This document shows, piece after piece, positions 14,397-27,195 of a DNA stretch of 64,000 nt (within the stretch, counting starts at the first letter, position 1; each line of letters starts with the position of its first letter). The stretch is from positions 33,651,029 to 33,715,028 of the forward strand of contig NC_068985.1 of assembly GCF_001194135.2 (NCBI RefSeq), in the 5' to 3' direction. Origin of the DNA: Octopus bimaculoides (lineage: Eukaryota). Both the position numbers and the translations under genes were made by a program. The notes below the pieces were generated by a model. That model was not told the DNA's origin, did no database searches, and saw nothing but the letters and a program-made list of their open reading frames with translations.

Positions 14397-15197
14397 GTTC
14401 ATGGATAGGTATGACATCTTCCTGATTAATTATACAAGTGACTAAGTTGCATCCTACTCCACCAGACATTTTAAGCATCTCAGCAGTAATTCCTGATGGA
14501 CCATGACTTTCCCTACCTTCATATCCTCAATTGCTTTATCTATCATTGCTGTCAGCTTGGATGGTTAGTCTCACTGTTGGATCCACATTGAGAAGACCCT
14601 CTTTCTCCCAAATATTCTCCACATTTAATAGTCTTTCATGGTAGTCTTTCCATCCCACCTATGCTAGTGTGGAAGGTGGATGTTAAACGATGATGATGAG
14701 TGACACTTCCAAGCTTCTTTTTTCAGAATCACTAAGAGGAAGCTCACCATTATCCATTTGCAAACACTCCNNNNNNNNNNNNNNNNNNNNNNNNNNNNNN
14801 NNNNNNNNNNNNNNNNNNNNNNNNNNNNNNNNNNNNNNNNNNNNNNNNNNNNNNNNNNNNNNNNNNNNNNNNNNNNNCATTGGCAAATCTCCTATTTTCT
14901 GTTTCTCATTTTACCATGTAAACCTGTCACCTAGCTTTCCTTCTGGCTACCTGATATAATTCTCTTGCTACCTCCACTTTTCCAGTCTTTTTAAGCTTGT
15001 CTTTTCCTTTTTATAGCTCTGTCTATCCCACTGTTCCATCACCATGATACCCTCAGTAAGGCCAGGACTTTGCACCAGCCACTCATTTGGTCTGAAGCCT
15101 CAATAGTTTGTCCTATGGTAACTTCTAGCTGCTCTCTATACTATACATCTCTAACTCCTCCTCTTCATCAAATGCTTCAAGAAGAATTCCTCTAAAT
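14397..15197 (-). repeat. Local ~99%-identical duplicate of 18116-18913 (RTE internal fragment), flanked by a 33-34 bp direct repeat
   Basis: Sequence match read by eye. Direct repeat cagatattgggattatcagct(A)12-13 at 14364-14396 and 15201-15234. A 107-N gap lies inside. Confidence 0.92.
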
Positions 15198-17139
15198 AAT
15201 CAGATATTGGGATTATCAGCTAAAAAAAAAAAAACAATTGAATATTTTATGAGAAACTAATCAATAATAATTTATTCTGATCCAAAATTTCTCCAGTTAA
15301 ATATCTGTTAATATTAGTAAAATGTTTCATTTCAAATAAATTTTCTAATGATTTTTTTTTTTTGATTTTTTTTTTACAATGATTGCAGCTAGTAATGTGA
15401 AAATATCAAGGATTGCCATATCTTTCCTGTTAAGGAAGCTGCTAAGTAAATGAAGTGTGTTTGTGTGGGTAAGAAGCTTGCTTCACAACCATGTGGTTTC
15501 AGGCTCAGTCCTACTCTGTAGCACTATGGGCAAGTGTCTACTACTTTAGCCTCTTGCTATCTTGTGAATGGATTTTGTAGACAGAAACTGAAAGAAGCCC
15601 ATTGTGTGTGTGTACACTCGCATGTATGTGTACATATACATATATATATATAAAAGGGATTATAATCCGAACTCTGTCCTTGAGAAGTATAGCTTTATGT
15701 TCCAGTAATCATGTATGTATGTCAATGTTTTATTTTGAATGAGAAACTCATATATATAAGATAAAATTCCTGATGAATTATAACATTTACTGAGTAAGTA
15801 TGTAGTAAAACAAATGCTGGAATATGTGGTCCTGTCTTTTAAAATGCCACATATTCCAGTCTTTGTTTCAATGTATGTATGTGTGTGTGTGTGTCCTTGC
15901 TGTGTGATGGTTGTAAATGTGATGAGTGCCATTTTGTCCCAATCCAATTTGTTTCTAATATTATTTTGCTTGGAGAAGGCGGAGAGCTGGCAGAATCGAT
16001 AACATGCCATGCAAAATGCTTAATGGCATTTCTTCTGTCTTTACATTCTCAAATTCTGCCAAGATTGACTTTTCCTTCCATCCTTTCATGGTCGATAAAA
16101 TAAGTACCAGTTGAGCACTGGGGTTGATGTAATTGATTTAGCTTCTCCCCTGAAATAGCTAGTCTTGTGCCAAAATTTGAAACCATTATTATCTTGCTTG
16201 GAAACATGTGGGTTAATAACAGGAAGGGCATTTGCCTCAACAGATTCCATTTGACCCATGCATTCTTGAAAAAAATGATGATATTAATATATTGTATATC
16301 ATAAATAATGTTTATATATTTTATGAGATTTCAGCTAATAAACTAATGATAATATTACCAACACATAACAAGGTAATGAGAGAACTGCCATGTAGTTACT
16401 CAACAAAATGATAGGGTCTAAAATAAGGGAGGTTTGGCTGCTGGAAAAATGCAGTCATATCTCTCTCATTTCACACCCTATCACAAGTTACATTAGACAG
16501 GATGGTTATGGTTGGAACATCTTTGTTCGTAGATCTGCTCAATTTGGATTGGCATGGTGTTGAACAGATATACTATTGAACCCCCACAAAATCCCTTTTA
16601 TATTGAAAGTTAATTAAAACACACAGTCTACTATTTTGAAATTAAAGGGCTAAGAAGTTAGTGAACTTGTTGGTAATAGTGTCAGAGTTGTGGGACTGAG
16701 AATACTTTCTACTAGTTCGGTTCTAATACAATATTTTACAAGCTTTGAATAGTAAAAGTTGCTACATAAGAGAATCCCAAGCTGTTGTGGAATTCCTGCT
16801 CTTGGACTGATACGTTGTGTTATTTAGATTGAAGTTGTTTTTAGATGTTCACTAAGTAGAACGATCCCTCTTGAAAACAGGATAGTGTCCTTTGTTCAAA
16901 GATTATGTATTAGCATTTAGAATTATAAAATAAATTCTTTATTTTTTTCTCTGTATGTATGTGTATGTTCCTATGTGTGTTAGACAAACCTTCATGTGGT
17001 GTGTATCTATAAATAAGCATGTATATTTTCACTAATGAGCAGATATTTTGATATAATCTAGTATGTTTTTGTTATCATAAAAAAATAACACTTTAGAATA
17101 TATTTTCCTTACTAACTTTGACTGGTCATATCTGCAAGA

Positions 17140-17214
<75 letters not shown>

Positions 17215-17439
17215 GTATTTATTTCTCTTGAAAAAGTTTTATCTCCTTCTTAGATCAGGTCAAATTATTTTCCTCCATATCTTCCTTAACCTATCTCTGT
17301 CTTGACTCTCATCAGCCACTAACACTCCATGTATTTTTAACTCTATCAGCTGCTTTTTTATCATTTGACCAAGCTTCTTTTCAAACAGCAGTTGAACCCC
17401 TATTTGGTAGTATATCAGCACATACAACATATGTACACT

Positions 17440-17476
<37 letters not shown>

Positions 17477-18115
17477 TTGCCGAATTCAAATATTTTAGTG
17501 ATTTCTTGTGATATCTCTTAGAGCAGTAGAATCATAAATAATTTCATCTACTGACCCTATACAAGGCATAAGTACACATCACACTAAAATACAGCTCTCT
17601 ATTATAGAGCAGCTGCTAAATGCATAAACATTTTAGACTGCATAAAACATCATCTGATTAATTGACAAATTTTTGCTCAGTAATATACTAGGGCGCTCAA
17701 TTCCTTCTACTATTACTATAATAGCCTTTATTTCTTCAATTATCAAGCTATGTACCAAGTAATTCACTCAACCTCTGCTTGTCACTCTACTCTGTTTTGA
17801 TCACAAACACCATTAAAATAATTCATTCAAATCTTTATCCCTGAAATTACAACCTTCTGGATCTTTCTGCTACCTGTCTCCTCCAACATTAATCTTCATG
17901 AATCCAAGCTGAACATCATCCTCACTTCACCAAACTCAGAGAGCCTGCAAAGACTTCATAAGGCACTGGCCTGCCTCTTCTTTAAACTAAAACATAATGA
18001 ATAATAATTCTTTTAAATTAATTTAATTATATAAGACTAACAGGTGGCACTTGTTAATAATTAAAACCTCAAATAACTTATACTCAATCTATAGTGAGGA
18101 CTTGTAGTGTACACA

Positions 18116-19345
18116 GTTCATGGATAGGTATGACATCTTCCTGATTAATTATACAAGTGACTAAGTTGTATCCTACTCCACCAGACATTTTAAGCATCTC
18201 AGCAGTAATTCCTGATGGACCATGACTTTCCCTACCTTCATATCCTCAATTGCTTTATCTATCATTGCTGTCAGCTTGGATGGTTAGTCTCACTGTTGGA
18301 TCCACATTGAGAAGACCCTCTTTCTCCCAAATATTCTCCACATTTAATAGTCTTTCATGGTAGTCTTTCCATCCCACCTATGCTAGTGTGGAAGGTGGAT
18401 GTTAAACGATGATGATTAGTGACACTTCCAAGCCTCTTTTTTCAGAATCACTAAGAGGAAGCTCACCATTATCCATTTGCAAACACTCCTTATGCAAAAC
18501 ATCTCAATTCTCTTAGATATACTGTCTTGTAATCTGAAACATCTCACATCTTTGATTCTCATGCTGTAAAACATTGGCAAATCTCCTATTTTCTGTTTCT
18601 CATTTTACCATGTAAACCTGTCACCTAGCTTTCCTTCTGGCTACCTGACATAATTCTCTTGCTACCTCCACTTTTCCAGTCTTTCTAAGCTTGTCTTTTC
18701 CTTTTTATAGCTCTGTCTATCCCTTTTTATAGCTCTGTCTATTCCACTGTTCCATCACCATGATACCCTCAGTAAGGCCAGGACTTTGCACCAGCCACTC
18801 ATTTGGTCTGAAGCCTCAATAGTTTGTCCTATGGTAACTTCTAGCTGCTCTCTATACTATACGTCTCTAACTCCTCCACTTCATCAAATGCTTCAAGAAG
18901 AATTCCTCTAAATTTTGGACTGTTTGCTGGGTCTTTGAGCTTTCATATCTTCCTTTTTGAAGACAGGTTTGTTTCTTTGAGTCCTTTTAACTCTAAGCTC
19001 TAAGTCTGAAATCACTAGCCACTAGCCTATGTTGGGTTGAACATTTGTCTCCAGAGAAGGATGCTTTCATTTGCAAGCATCTGTCTATCCCATTCACTGG
19101 TGAGAATGTTATTAATCTGACTTGCGTGTCCACCAGATTGATAAATGATCACATGGTTAGATTTCTGAAGTTGGTGTTGCATCACAGAATTCCAGTAATC
19201 TTGTTAGATCTAGAGCCTTCCTCAGATCTAGAGCCAAAGCTGTAATCTCCATACACCTGCTGAATACCTTTGAATTGCTACCCAAAATGTCTGTTGAAGT
19301 CACCAGTCCATCCACAATTATAAAGTTACTGTCATTCATCATCAA
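18116..19345 (-). mobile_element. Decayed RTE LINE, AP-endonuclease and linker region
   Basis: Minus-strand fragments NDSNFIIV..., TRLLEFCDA, YQSGGHASQI, QHRLVASDFRL, KLKDPANS.KFRGILLEAFDE and KVMVHQELL. Interrupted by a plus-strand RTE 3'-end stub at ~18365-18417. Confidence 0.85.
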
Positions 19346-20905
19346 TGTAGTCTGTAAAATGGCCTATCTATGTATATATGTGTGCAAGTTTATGTATGAA
19401 ATATTTGGAAATTATTTCAGTTAAAAATTCATGGATAAGTTTAGTGGCTGTGTGGTAAGAAGTTTGCTTCCCAACCACATGTTTCAGGTTTCAGTCCCAC
19501 TTTGTGGCAGCTTGGGCAAATATCTTTTTCTATAGCCTAGGGTCAACCAAAGCCTCGTGAGTGGGTTTGGTAGAGAGAAACTGAAAGGAGCCCATTGTAT
19601 GTACATGTGTGTGTGTGTGTGTTTGTATGTCTTTGTGTCAGCACTACATATACTGAACATCACATGTCTCATCATTTTGGGAAGATCTGGAAAGGCTATA
19701 AATATCAACCTCCCCCTGTTTTAAAAAAATGGGAGTGGGTGGTTAAACAGGCTTCTGAGGTGCAATGTGAATTTTTTGTAGCAAAAATTTATTGTTTTCA
19801 GGGCTTTTGAAATAATTACTGACAAAGGAAGTAATTTATCTTTAGACTTGACATCAAGACTGCATACCTGCAACAAAATGAACTCCATTAAAAACACTCA
19901 AAGGTCAGCTGATGGTATTAAGCAAAGCAATGAAATAAGTCTACCATTTAAAAACAAGAATGGTCCCTCCAGTGGACTTTCACACAGTTTTTGCCTACTA
20001 AATTTTACTCACAAGGCTTTGGTTGACCTAATACTATAGTAATGGACATCTGCCCAAAGTGTCCCACAAAGAGATTAACATGAAACTACATAACCAAGCA
20101 ATGGCCACAAAACCACACCCATGGATTTATTTTCTCAGTTGTAATAAAATAGTCTTTTATCACATTGAAATTATCTCTGGTCAATAATTTAGATGAATAA
20201 AGAAAGAAGAGACAAACAGCTATATACATACATACTTAGCTTCTGCCATTGTCAAAATGATTGAGCTACTTGATTTTTTATGATCAAATAACCAGTTCTA
20301 TTTACAACTAGATGACACTAGTAACATCCAGTTCCTTTTATGAAGGTGTTTAATTTAGCACTATTATTGTCAGAGTTTGCAGTTCTATTGCTGGCTACAA
20401 TGGCATGTGTTCTTACCTTGCTGTACCTATTCACAGCTATGTGGATTGGGTCATTTCAGAGTCAGTTAGCTGTCTTAGACACATCATAGTGCTGGTGACA
20501 GAATATGAATCACTGGCATCTTATCTGGTTGTCTGTAAAATATACTTTCAACTTACTCATCTCCATTGTCTACATGCATATATAAGTATAACTTCTACAC
20601 ATGCATATATAAGTATAACTTCTACACAAAATTTCCTTGTTTCAAAGTGTTAACACACACGTTTTATTTATTTATTCATTTTTTGTGATTCTAATTCAAT
20701 TCTACCAAACACTATCTTAATCGTAAATTACATTTACTTTTAAAACACACTAGTTTTCACTTCTACTCCTTCACCATTATAGATAGATAGATAGATAAAC
20801 CAAGCAATTTTACTTATGTGCTCTCTATCTATCTATCTCTCTTTCTCTCTCATATATGTGTGTGTGTATATAATGCACATATAGCAATAATATAAATCAT
20901 TCATA

Positions 20906-23481
20906 CTAGCAGAAAGACCACCCTCCAGGCGGTTTTCTGCTAGCCACTCGATAATATTTCCACATTTGATTCCCAATTCTAATAATTCTAATAATTTTTA
21001 TGTTATTTTACATCTAATTATTTCTTTGTATAATAGTGTTCACTTGCTTAGTAAATATTGCTTTCATTATTTTATCAGTCAATCTGTTATATATATTTAA
21101 CATTAATAATTGGTAATATATATATTTAGCATTAATAATTAGTGCATAGATAGATGGATGGATGGACGGATGGACAGACGGCCGGATGGACGAATGGACA
21201 AACAGATACACACTTACACTCACACACACAAAAGTCTGGTGCTGTGAGAACACATGGAAATGATGTTTCCTTACTTTTTTAAATATGCCCAAATTTAAAA
21301 TGATCCAATATAACAATATTATTCAGTTGGCAAGTGTTGAAATATGCCAAAACAATTTAATTCCACACAAATATATGTTACTTTACATATAATTTATGTG
21401 TTAATTCTATTTACTGAAACTTGCTAAAAAGCATATTTTGCTTTAAAGTGGTATCTCCTTGTAGACACAAATTGTCAGAAATCATACTGTTTCCATTGCT
21501 CTCAGCCAATATTTTTATATTAGCCTTCTCTCGAACTCTAGATAATGCAACATACAGCTGACCATGTGAGAAAAATTGTGTCGGAAGATACATTCCAATT
21601 TGTTCAAAAGTCTGTCCCTGTGCCTTGTTGCACGTCAAGGCAAAAGTTGGCTTGACAGGAAATTGTTTGCGTGTAAATGTGAATGGAAATTCCATTTCTT
21701 GAGATACATGTAGTATTCTTTGGATTAGCAGAGTTGATCCTACATAGGATCAGAAGCAATCTTAGCCCCAATAACATCATTATGTAAACTGACAATGATG
21801 TAGTGTGTGTCATTGCAATGTCCATTAGTGGCATCTAAATTTCTCAGAAGCGCAATGCATCATTTTTTCTTCAGTTTGAGAATGTGTGGTGGAAACCCTG
21901 ATGCTGTAAGTTTGTTGATGAACTCGATTAGGTGCAGTTTCATTATAAACTGTATCTGAAGTTCTGTATATTTTTAGCTCACCAACTCACAGAAAATCAT
22001 TCACAAATTGTGCTGCTTCATTTATTGGAGTAACAATGGTTCTATTTGCAAGCCTCACAGGGTTTGTAAAGTTATTTTTGAGGTAACCATATACAAAATC
22101 ACAAAGGTCATGGGGTAGTTTGATTTTGAATTCTCCTAGGCTTTGTTCAACAGAAATGTTACCGTTTCCTACATCAAGAAGGTAATTAGCCAATTCTCTT
22201 TCATCAGAATGACCTTCTGTAAGAAGTCTTAGATTGGTTGTCAACTCTACTACTTCCACGTGACTGCAAAGAAAATATCTTTTTAGTGTTGCATCAACAA
22301 TTTGTGATCTAACACCATTATTCTGAAGTAGAATATTCTCCTCACAAGATACTCTAACCTGTCAGTCATGTGTAGCAGAAACAGAATCATGTCTACATAT
22401 CCGTGCATATTCAGGCATCTGTTTCAGTCGCTTTGCCCTGGTTTCATCTGATTCAGTTGCCCATCTTTCTCTCTGCCATTGTGCCTTTGCTGCTAAATTT
22501 TATTTTTCAGTCACATATTATACATAAATGAAAGCTTGTTAAAAACTATCTTGCTAGAAATAGCAGCGATCACATAGTTATTATTGTAAGGTTTATAGTG
22601 TTCCAAGTAGCCATACCAACAAAATCACTTCTGCATTAAAAAAAAAAGAAATTATACCAGTATATTAAAAAAGTTTCATTTTATCAAAAATATTCATTTA
22701 ACAAACTCCAGAAACTGATAATATTCTTGAAATTGTAAGGCAGCGAGCTGGCAGAAACGTTAGCATGCCAGGCGAAATGCTTAGCGGTACTTCGTCTGTC
22801 TTTACTTTCTGAGTTCAAATTCCACCGAGATCAACATTGCCTTTTATCCTTTCAGGGTTGATAAATTAAGAACCAGTTGTATACAGGGGTTAGTATAATC
22901 GACTGGCCCCCTTCTCAAAAATTTCATACCTTGTGCCTAGAGTAGAAAAGAATATTCTTGAAATTATGCATTGTGTCTAAGTTATACAGCTATTTTGTCT
23001 AATAGCATGCATTCATTCAACACAAAATCACTTAAAAATTATACCAGTATATTAAAAAATTTTCATTTTATCAGAAATATTCATATAGCAAACTCCAGAA
23101 ACTAATACTATTCTTGAAATTTAGTTTTGTATCAAAGTTATACCGCTGTTATTAAATTATCATTAATGAAAATAAAAGCAAGTGAGAATGAGAGACTGTT
23201 GCAAATAAAAACGTAAAATGTTGCCTGCAATGAATTAAAAGTGTTTATTATTAAACATTAAAATCTACTCCGCAGTGAATGCAATGAATGTTTAAATTTG
23301 CGAGAATTTGGAGCTTAAAAACTTCGATAAACTTCAGAAATTGAAATTATAGGCATTTCTTAGAACATGGATTTATAAAAATATTTCCAGATGGTCAAGC
23401 TTTTAATATTGCTTTCTTTTAGTACTTTTAGTAATTGTTACATACCTAGTTAATAAACAGCTTTCTCCATTATAGTATAGA
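20906..23481 (-). mobile_element. Non-autonomous Helitron (internal deletion derivative) with both termini
   Basis: PIF1-helicase C-terminal fragments (RKQFPVKPTFALTCNKAQGQTFEQIGMYLPTQFFSHGQLYVALSRV; EVVELTTNLRL...LLDVGNG). 5' end a|TCTATACTATAATG at 23481. 3' hairpin plus CTAG|t at 20906. A|T target. Confidence 0.88.
22735..22950 (+). mobile_element. tRNA-derived SINE nested in the Helitron, 15 bp TSD
   Basis: B-box-like gagttcaaattcc; aatattcttgaaatt repeated at 22720-22734 and 22951-22965; a related copy sits at ~49491-49700. Confidence 0.85.
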
Positions 23482-24503
23482 TTGTCCACTTCAGAAAACC
23501 TTCAAAAACACAATTGCATTTTGTCATAAAAGAAAACAGAATGTTATAATTTTGATCATGTTTTTTAGAAAATTTTAGTTCATTGCAACAAATTTCTTTC
23601 TATTAACAATTTATATAATATTGTTTATCAGCTAAATAAATGAAAGGAATGAAATCAGAAGATTATATAGTTTAATCAGGAGTACTTTGGGAGTACTTCG
23701 TCTGTTGGAAAATAGTCAAATTTAGTTCACTTGTCTTTTAAAGATATTTTTACTCATTACTATGGCATAATTGTTCGAATTTTGTCTATTTGACCTTCAG
23801 AGATAATATGGTTGGTTAATTGTAATACTACCCTGTGTTTACTGTAACAAAATGGTAAATTTGCATTTCAGGCTTAACAAGGTTTCTCAGTAATACTGGT
23901 AATATTATATTCAGAGAACTGTCATGTTAAGTCATTTATCTTTCTAAAACATGTTTCTTCAGTGTTACTTAATCTTTATGTTAGTGTATTGTCACTAGTC
24001 ATTCTGAAATCAAGTTAATTAGTGAACATTATTATTATTATTATTGGGTGAGAGAGCAGTGCATGCCATCAAAGTGACACTGGGGTAAAATATACAAAGC
24101 CCATTATACCCATCATGGCTACCCATCTAATAAGGGTACACCAGGTACATGCATCACAACCATATGTGCACGACATAGTGATCTCATATCAAGATAAACA
24201 GCGCATGACCTCGCAGGTGGGGCCCAGTTAGAATTTTCTTCAGGTCGAGTAGCCCATCCCACTCAAAAGGTCCCTGAATAAGGTTTGTTTAAGGATGTTG
24301 AGCAAAACACCCATGTTTCCAAAGGTGAATTATTCAAACCCCAAAGAATTCCTCTCAACACATGGCTATGATGCTCCCCCACTACTTCTGCTCATGATCA
24401 GAGATGCACATATCGTCAGCTACCAAGGGACATGCTCAACTGGTTAAGGTCAAACAACTGACAAGCAAATCTGTGGTATTAAGCAGAATATTTGCTGTAG
24501 CTC

Positions 24504-25282
24504 NNNNNNNNNNNNNNNNNNNNNNNNNNNNNNNNNNNNNNNNNNNNNNNNNNNNNNNNNNNNNNNNNNNNNNNNNNNNNNNNNNNNNNNNNNNNNNNNN
24601 NNNNNNNNNNNNNNNNNNNNNNNNNNNNNNNNNNNNNNNNNNNNNNNNNNNNNNNNNNNNNNNNNNNNNNNNNNNNNNNNNNNNNNNNNNNNNNNNNNNN
24701 NNNNNNNNNNNNNNNNNNNNNNNNNNNNNNNNNNNNNNNNNNNNNNNNNNNNNNNNNNNNNNNNNNNNNNNNNNNNNNNNNNNNNNNNNNNNNNNNNNNN
24801 NNNNNNNNNNNNNNNNNNNNNNNNNNNNNNNNNNNNNNNNNNNNNNNNNNNNNNNNNNNNNNNNNNNNNNNNNNNNNNNNNNNNNNNNNNNNNNNNNNNN
24901 NNNNNNNNNNNNNNNNNNNNNNNNNNNNNNNNNNNNNNNNNNNNNNNNNNNNNNNNNNNNNNNNNNNNNNNNNNNNNNNNNNNNNNNNNNNNNNNNNNNN
25001 NNNNNNNNNNNNNNNNNNNNNNNNNNNNNNNNNNNNNNNNNNNNNNNNNNNNNNNNNNNNNNNNNNNNNNNNNNNNNNNNNNNNNNNNNNNNNNNNNNNN
25101 NNNNNNNNNNNNNNNNNNNNNNNNNNNNNNNNNNNNNNNNNNNNNNNNNNNNNNNNNNNNNNNNNNNNNNNNNNNNNNNNNNNNNNNNNNNNNNNNNNNN
25201 NNNNNNNNNNNNNNNNNNNNNNNNNNNNNNNNNNNNNNNNNNNNNNNNNNNNNNNNNNNNNNNNNNNNNNNNNNNNNNNNNN
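24504..25282. other. Assembly gap (779 N), the largest in the window
   Basis: Run of N. Other gaps include 14771-14877, 33561-33871, 35912-36187, 50175-50778 and 63663-63886. Confidence 0.99.
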
Positions 25283-26027
25283 ATATATATAGGTAATGAA
25301 AAATCAAAGAGGTGAACTCTTTTCAAGAAACAACACCATAGGGCTCAATTTAGTGAGCGATTAGTAGGATTAATTAATTAGATGGAGACAAATTTCCAGA
25401 TCTATAATACTCCTCATCAAAGCCAACATATATCTAAATACAGAGGGTATATATATAAGGCATTATAAATATGCAAACATATAACATATAAAAACAGATG
25501 TATACATATTATAGTGTAATTCCATGCCCAAATCAATGTCAGATAAAGAATTGTATTAATACATACAGACAAATCAAAAAGTCTCAACCTGATGAGATGA
25601 CAGTTTACAATATCCAAAAGGGAAATCCTCAAACAAATCCAATAAATACGAAAGACTCCTACGGCCATTTCCAGGAATGTGCGAAGAAGTGTGTGGGTAA
25701 ATCCTTGTCAACTTCAGTAATCCACAATTTCCTTTATCAGAGAATACGTACAGATTCAGAATTTTAAATAAAATCATAAAACTATTCATGATAGTATAAG
25801 AATATGTTTAAGCTGTTTTAATTATATTCATGTATAAAAATTTCATAAATTCCAGGATTCCAGGTCATTGAACAAACGTTCATACTGTACAACTATTATG
25901 AAAATTACAAAAAATTTTACAAAATTTATATATTTAGCTTGTCCATGAAATATGCATGAATATAACCTAGGATGAGTTCAAAATTTGGTGGGGTAAGCTA
26001 ATTTAAAGTGTATAGATTGATTAATTA

Positions 26028-26720
26028 TTATAGTGAGAAAAATTTTAAAGTAGAAAAGTACTTATGCTGACATGAGATCAAACACTCAGTGATCTTCTCA
26101 AGCAATAATTTTGTATCCGTTCGTAGTATGTTAATGGTTTCCTTAATGCATAATTTGCAAACTTTTGCATGATTATTATATGGAGTGGATTCACTCATTG
26201 TAGACCATATTAAAAAGTATTTATTATTACCATTTTTTTTATTTATTGATATAAATGGCCAAGGCCGTTGAGTTTTTAGATACTTATTTACAAACAAGTT
26301 TAAATGTGCCCCGCACCTAACTTTGAAATCAATATTATTCCCTATATATACTTTCTTAGGATCATTTAATGTGTTTACTTCACATTTTTATATGACATTC
26401 TTTCATAGGCACTGACTGTTTAAAAGTCAGTTTCGGGATTGAGTAGACAATCTGGTAATAAAACATCTCGGAAACAGGATATAATCTTATTTAAAGTTCT
26501 GGCGTTACAGGATTGGGAGTTGCATTTTTGTCCCTAGAACAATCCTATACTAGTGTTATTATCAACCTTATTTCGCAATTTAAATCTATCATTTATTGCT
26601 ATAATCAACCCCAAATTTGGTGCCATAGAATAGGATAATTTCAAAGATGATCTATTAAATATAGAATGATACTTATGTTCTAAGGGGAAGTTCTTATTGA
26701 TTAACCTAAAAAACATCTTA
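26028..26720 (-). mobile_element. Decayed Penelope-like element (GIY-YIG end, probably Naiad-type)
   Basis: FFRLINKNFPLEHKYHSIFNRSSLKLSYS, a frameshifted KKVYIG, and WSTMSESTPYNNHAKVCKLCIKE...CQHK match the thumb/linker/GIY-YIG pattern of this PLE group as I recall it. Confidence 0.75.
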
Positions 26721-26759
26721 GGGAGGTTCCTAATCTGAAGGGAAAATGAAGGGGTAAAT

Positions 26760-26877
26760 TCTTTAGTATTTCAATACATTTTTATGTAATTTTGGTAAAT
26801 ATATCTGTTAAAATGAGATGTCAGTGTTATTTTCATTTTTGCATATTTGAGATGACGGTTTATTCACTGCACCCTCT
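26760..26877 (+). mobile_element. 3' terminal stub of the DD37D element family seen at 50810-51648
   Basis: Closely matches 51535-51648 (ctttagtatttcaa...tttattcac.gcaccct). Confidence 0.8.
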
Positions 26878-26944
26878 ATATATATCTGAACATATATACA
26901 TACATATATGTGTGTGCGTGCGCGTGTGTGTGTATGTATATGTG

Positions 26945-27021
<77 letters not shown>

Positions 27022-27023
<2 letters not shown>

Positions 27024-27195
27024 TACACTCTCTGAGTGGTTGGCGTTAGGAAGGGCATCCAGCTGTAGAAACTCTGCCAAATTAGATTGGAGCCTGGTGT
27101 TGCCATCCGGTTTCACCAGTCCTCAGTCAAATCGTCCAACCCATGCTAGCATGGAAAGCGGACGTTAAACGATAATGATGATGATGATGATGATA
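27022..27195 (+). mobile_element. RTE 3'-end / RTE-tailed short element
   Basis: gagtggttggcgttaggaagggcatccagctgtagaaac...ccaacccatgctagcatggaaagcggacgttaaacg(atg)n; inverted homologs at 32568-32731 and 60064-60228. Confidence 0.85.

Noticed and set aside
25588-25660. CTGATGAG...GAAAG hammerhead candidate
   Set aside because: No stem I or stem II complementarity could be formed.
26408-26500. Minus-strand GAAAC..GUC half-hammerhead
   Set aside because: It lacks a CUGANGA core and lies within the coding linker of the Penelope-like remnant.
26028-26720. Selenocysteine (TGA-for-Cys) recoding, reported for some Naiad elements
   Set aside because: The conserved Cys positions I could read use TGT or TGC, and the fragment is too decayed to interpret its stops.
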